A DNA stretch of 44,705 nucleotides, taken from Candidatus Iainarchaeum sp. (GTDB taxonomy: Archaea > Iainarchaeota > Iainarchaeia > Iainarchaeales > DTGL01). The translations under genes were made by a program, and so were the position numbers. This document shows, one piece after another, positions 43,549 through 44,705 of this stretch. The notes under the pieces are model-generated. The model searched no databases. It saw only the letters and a program-made list of their open reading frames with translations, and had not been told where the DNA came from. The stretch lies in assembly GCA_043809265.1 (NCBI GenBank), contig JAZDDY010000093.1:1-44705 (forward strand), read 5' to 3'. The stretch's first letter is position 1; each line of letters opens with the position of its first letter.

Positions 43549-44705
43549 TCATTTCTTTTCTTTGATTTCCGCAAGCATTCTTTCGATGAATTCCTGCACC
43601 GGCACTTCTTTTTCAAGTTCTCCCGAGCGCTTCCTGATTGTGGCCGCATTCTTGCCTGCCTCCAAATCCCCGGCCACCAGGATGTAAGGGATTTTCCGCA
43701 ATTGCGCTTCCCTGACTTTTTTGGAAACGCTTTCGTTCCTCACATCGGTTTCAACCCTTATGCCTTTTGCCCTCATTTCCACTGCAATCTTTTCAACGTA
43801 CTCGGAATGCCTGTCCGCCAATGCAATAACTTTTGCCTGCACAGGGCTCAGCCATAACGGCAATGCGCCGGCATAATTTTCAAGGAGGACGCCGAAAAAC
43901 CTTTCAAGCGAGCCGAGCAGGGCGCGGTGAATCATCACAGGCCTGTGCTTTTTGTCGTCCTCGCCTATGTAATATAAATCGAATTTTTCAGGCATGGAAA
44001 AGTCCACCTGTATCGTGCCGCACTGCCAGTTTCTCTCCAAAGCGTCCTTGATATGGAAATCGATTTTCGGGCCGTAAAAAGCGCCCTCTCCTGGATTCAC
44101 CTTAAACTCGATGCCCATTTCCTGCAGGGCCGCCTCAAGCGATTTTGTCGCATGCTCCCAGACTTCGTCGGAGCCCATCGCCTTTTCCGGCTTTGTGCTC
44201 AACTCAACCTGATATTCCTTGAAGCCGAAAGCGGAATACAAAACCTTTGTGAGCTCGATGACTTTTTTGATTTCGTCTTTCAATTGCGCCTCGGTGCAAT
44301 AAATGTGCGCATCGTCCTGCGTGAATTTCCTTACCCTGAACAAGCCGTTTAAAACACCGCTTCTCTCGTTGCGGTGCACTATCCCTAACTCGGCCATTTT
44401 TATCGGGAGTTCCCTGTAAGAATGCCTGGTTTCGCTGAAAATCAAAATGCCGCCGGGGCAGTTCATCGGCTTCACGGCAAATTCCTGCTCTTCGATTTCA
44501 GTGAAAAACATGTTGTCCTTGTAGTGGTCCCAGTGCCCTGACTGCAGCCAAAGCGATTTGTTCAGAATCATGGGGGTGGTTACTATCTCGTAGCCTCTCT
44601 TGCGGTGCTCTTCCTTCCAGAATTCCACGATTTCATCCAATACGATAAGGCCCTTGTCATGGAAGAAAGGCATTCCCGGCGCTTCCGCGTGAATCGAAAA
44701 CAGGT
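43549..44705 (-). CDS. thrS: threonine--tRNA ligase, C-terminal catalytic and anticodon-binding part (5' end outside the window)
   Basis: The reading frame stays open to the window edge (..FSIHAEAPGMPFFHDKG...). Contains the class II core (FRVRKFTQDDAHIY, HRPVMIHRALLGSLERF) and an anticodon-binding domain. Confidence 0.92.
   Translation of the reverse strand, partial: LFSIHAEAPGMPFFHDKGLIVLDEIVEFWKEEHRKRGYEIVTTPMILNKSLWLQSGHWDHYKDNMFFTEIEEQEFAVKPMNCPGGILIFSETRHSYRELPIKMAELGIVHRNERSGVLNGLFRVRKFTQDDAHIYCTEAQLKDEIKKVIELTKVLYSAFGFKEYQVELSTKPEKAMGSDEVWEHATKSLEAALQEMGIEFKVNPGEGAFYGPKIDFHIKDALERNWQCGTIQVDFSMPEKFDLYYIGEDDKKHRPVMIHRALLGSLERFFGVLLENYAGALPLWLSPVQAKVIALADRHSEYVEKIAVEMRAKGIRVETDVRNESVSKKVREAQLRKIPYILVAGDLEAGKNAATIRKRSGELEKEVPVQEFIERMLAEIKEKK

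Noticed and set aside
1-44705. CRISPR arrays, rRNA genes, transposases, integrases
   Set aside because: I scanned for regularly spaced direct repeats, rRNA-like conserved stretches and DDE or tyrosine-recombinase motifs and saw none. The only repeats found are those listed as features.

Overview
This is an archaeal chromosomal segment, probably from a small-genome, DPANN-like lineage, though that placement is only an inference. The archaeal assignment rests on MCM, ribosomal protein L15e, Pelota, ABCE1, Elp3, an Sm protein, an ApgM-type phosphoglycerate mutase, tRNAs with anticodon-loop introns, and many class III (prepilin-type) signal peptides. Genes are tightly packed, often with 1-4 nt overlaps. 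TATA-like boxes sit about 25-35 nt upstream of start codons, which fits leaderless transcripts. Housekeeping content includes translation and tRNA-modification genes (Elp3, a TtuA/Ncs6-like thiolase, MetRS, ThrRS, Pelota, ABCE1), MCM, MtnA with a class II aldolase, MinD, HtpX/LemA, a site-2 protease, and three tRNAs (Val, Ala, Ser; the last two have introns). Accessory or unusual content is as follows. (1) A complete Tad/Epd-like type IV filament operon at 36.7-43.5 kb has a split platform protein, a prepilin peptidase and five pilin-like genes; two of these are under 60 aa and missing from the ORF track. A second orphan cluster of four pilin-like genes lies at 10-11.7 kb. (2) An AT-rich islet at 17.1-18.6 kb encodes an Mrr-like PD-(D/E)xK nuclease flanked by four homing-endonuclease-associated-type repeats, preceded by a four-copy inverted-repeat array. 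(3) A free-standing LAGLIDADG endonuclease ORF overlaps the 5' end of tRNA-Ser. (4) MetRS is interrupted by a +1 frame change inside the HIGH motif, at CUU-CGG-C. (5) A three-gene module at 2.85-4.0 kb encodes a wHTH protein, a mini Rossmann (CARF-like?) protein and a membrane-anchored Hjc-like nuclease. (6) A 751-aa coiled-coil protein lies between two tRNA genes. No CRISPR array, rRNA gene, transposase or integrase was recognised.
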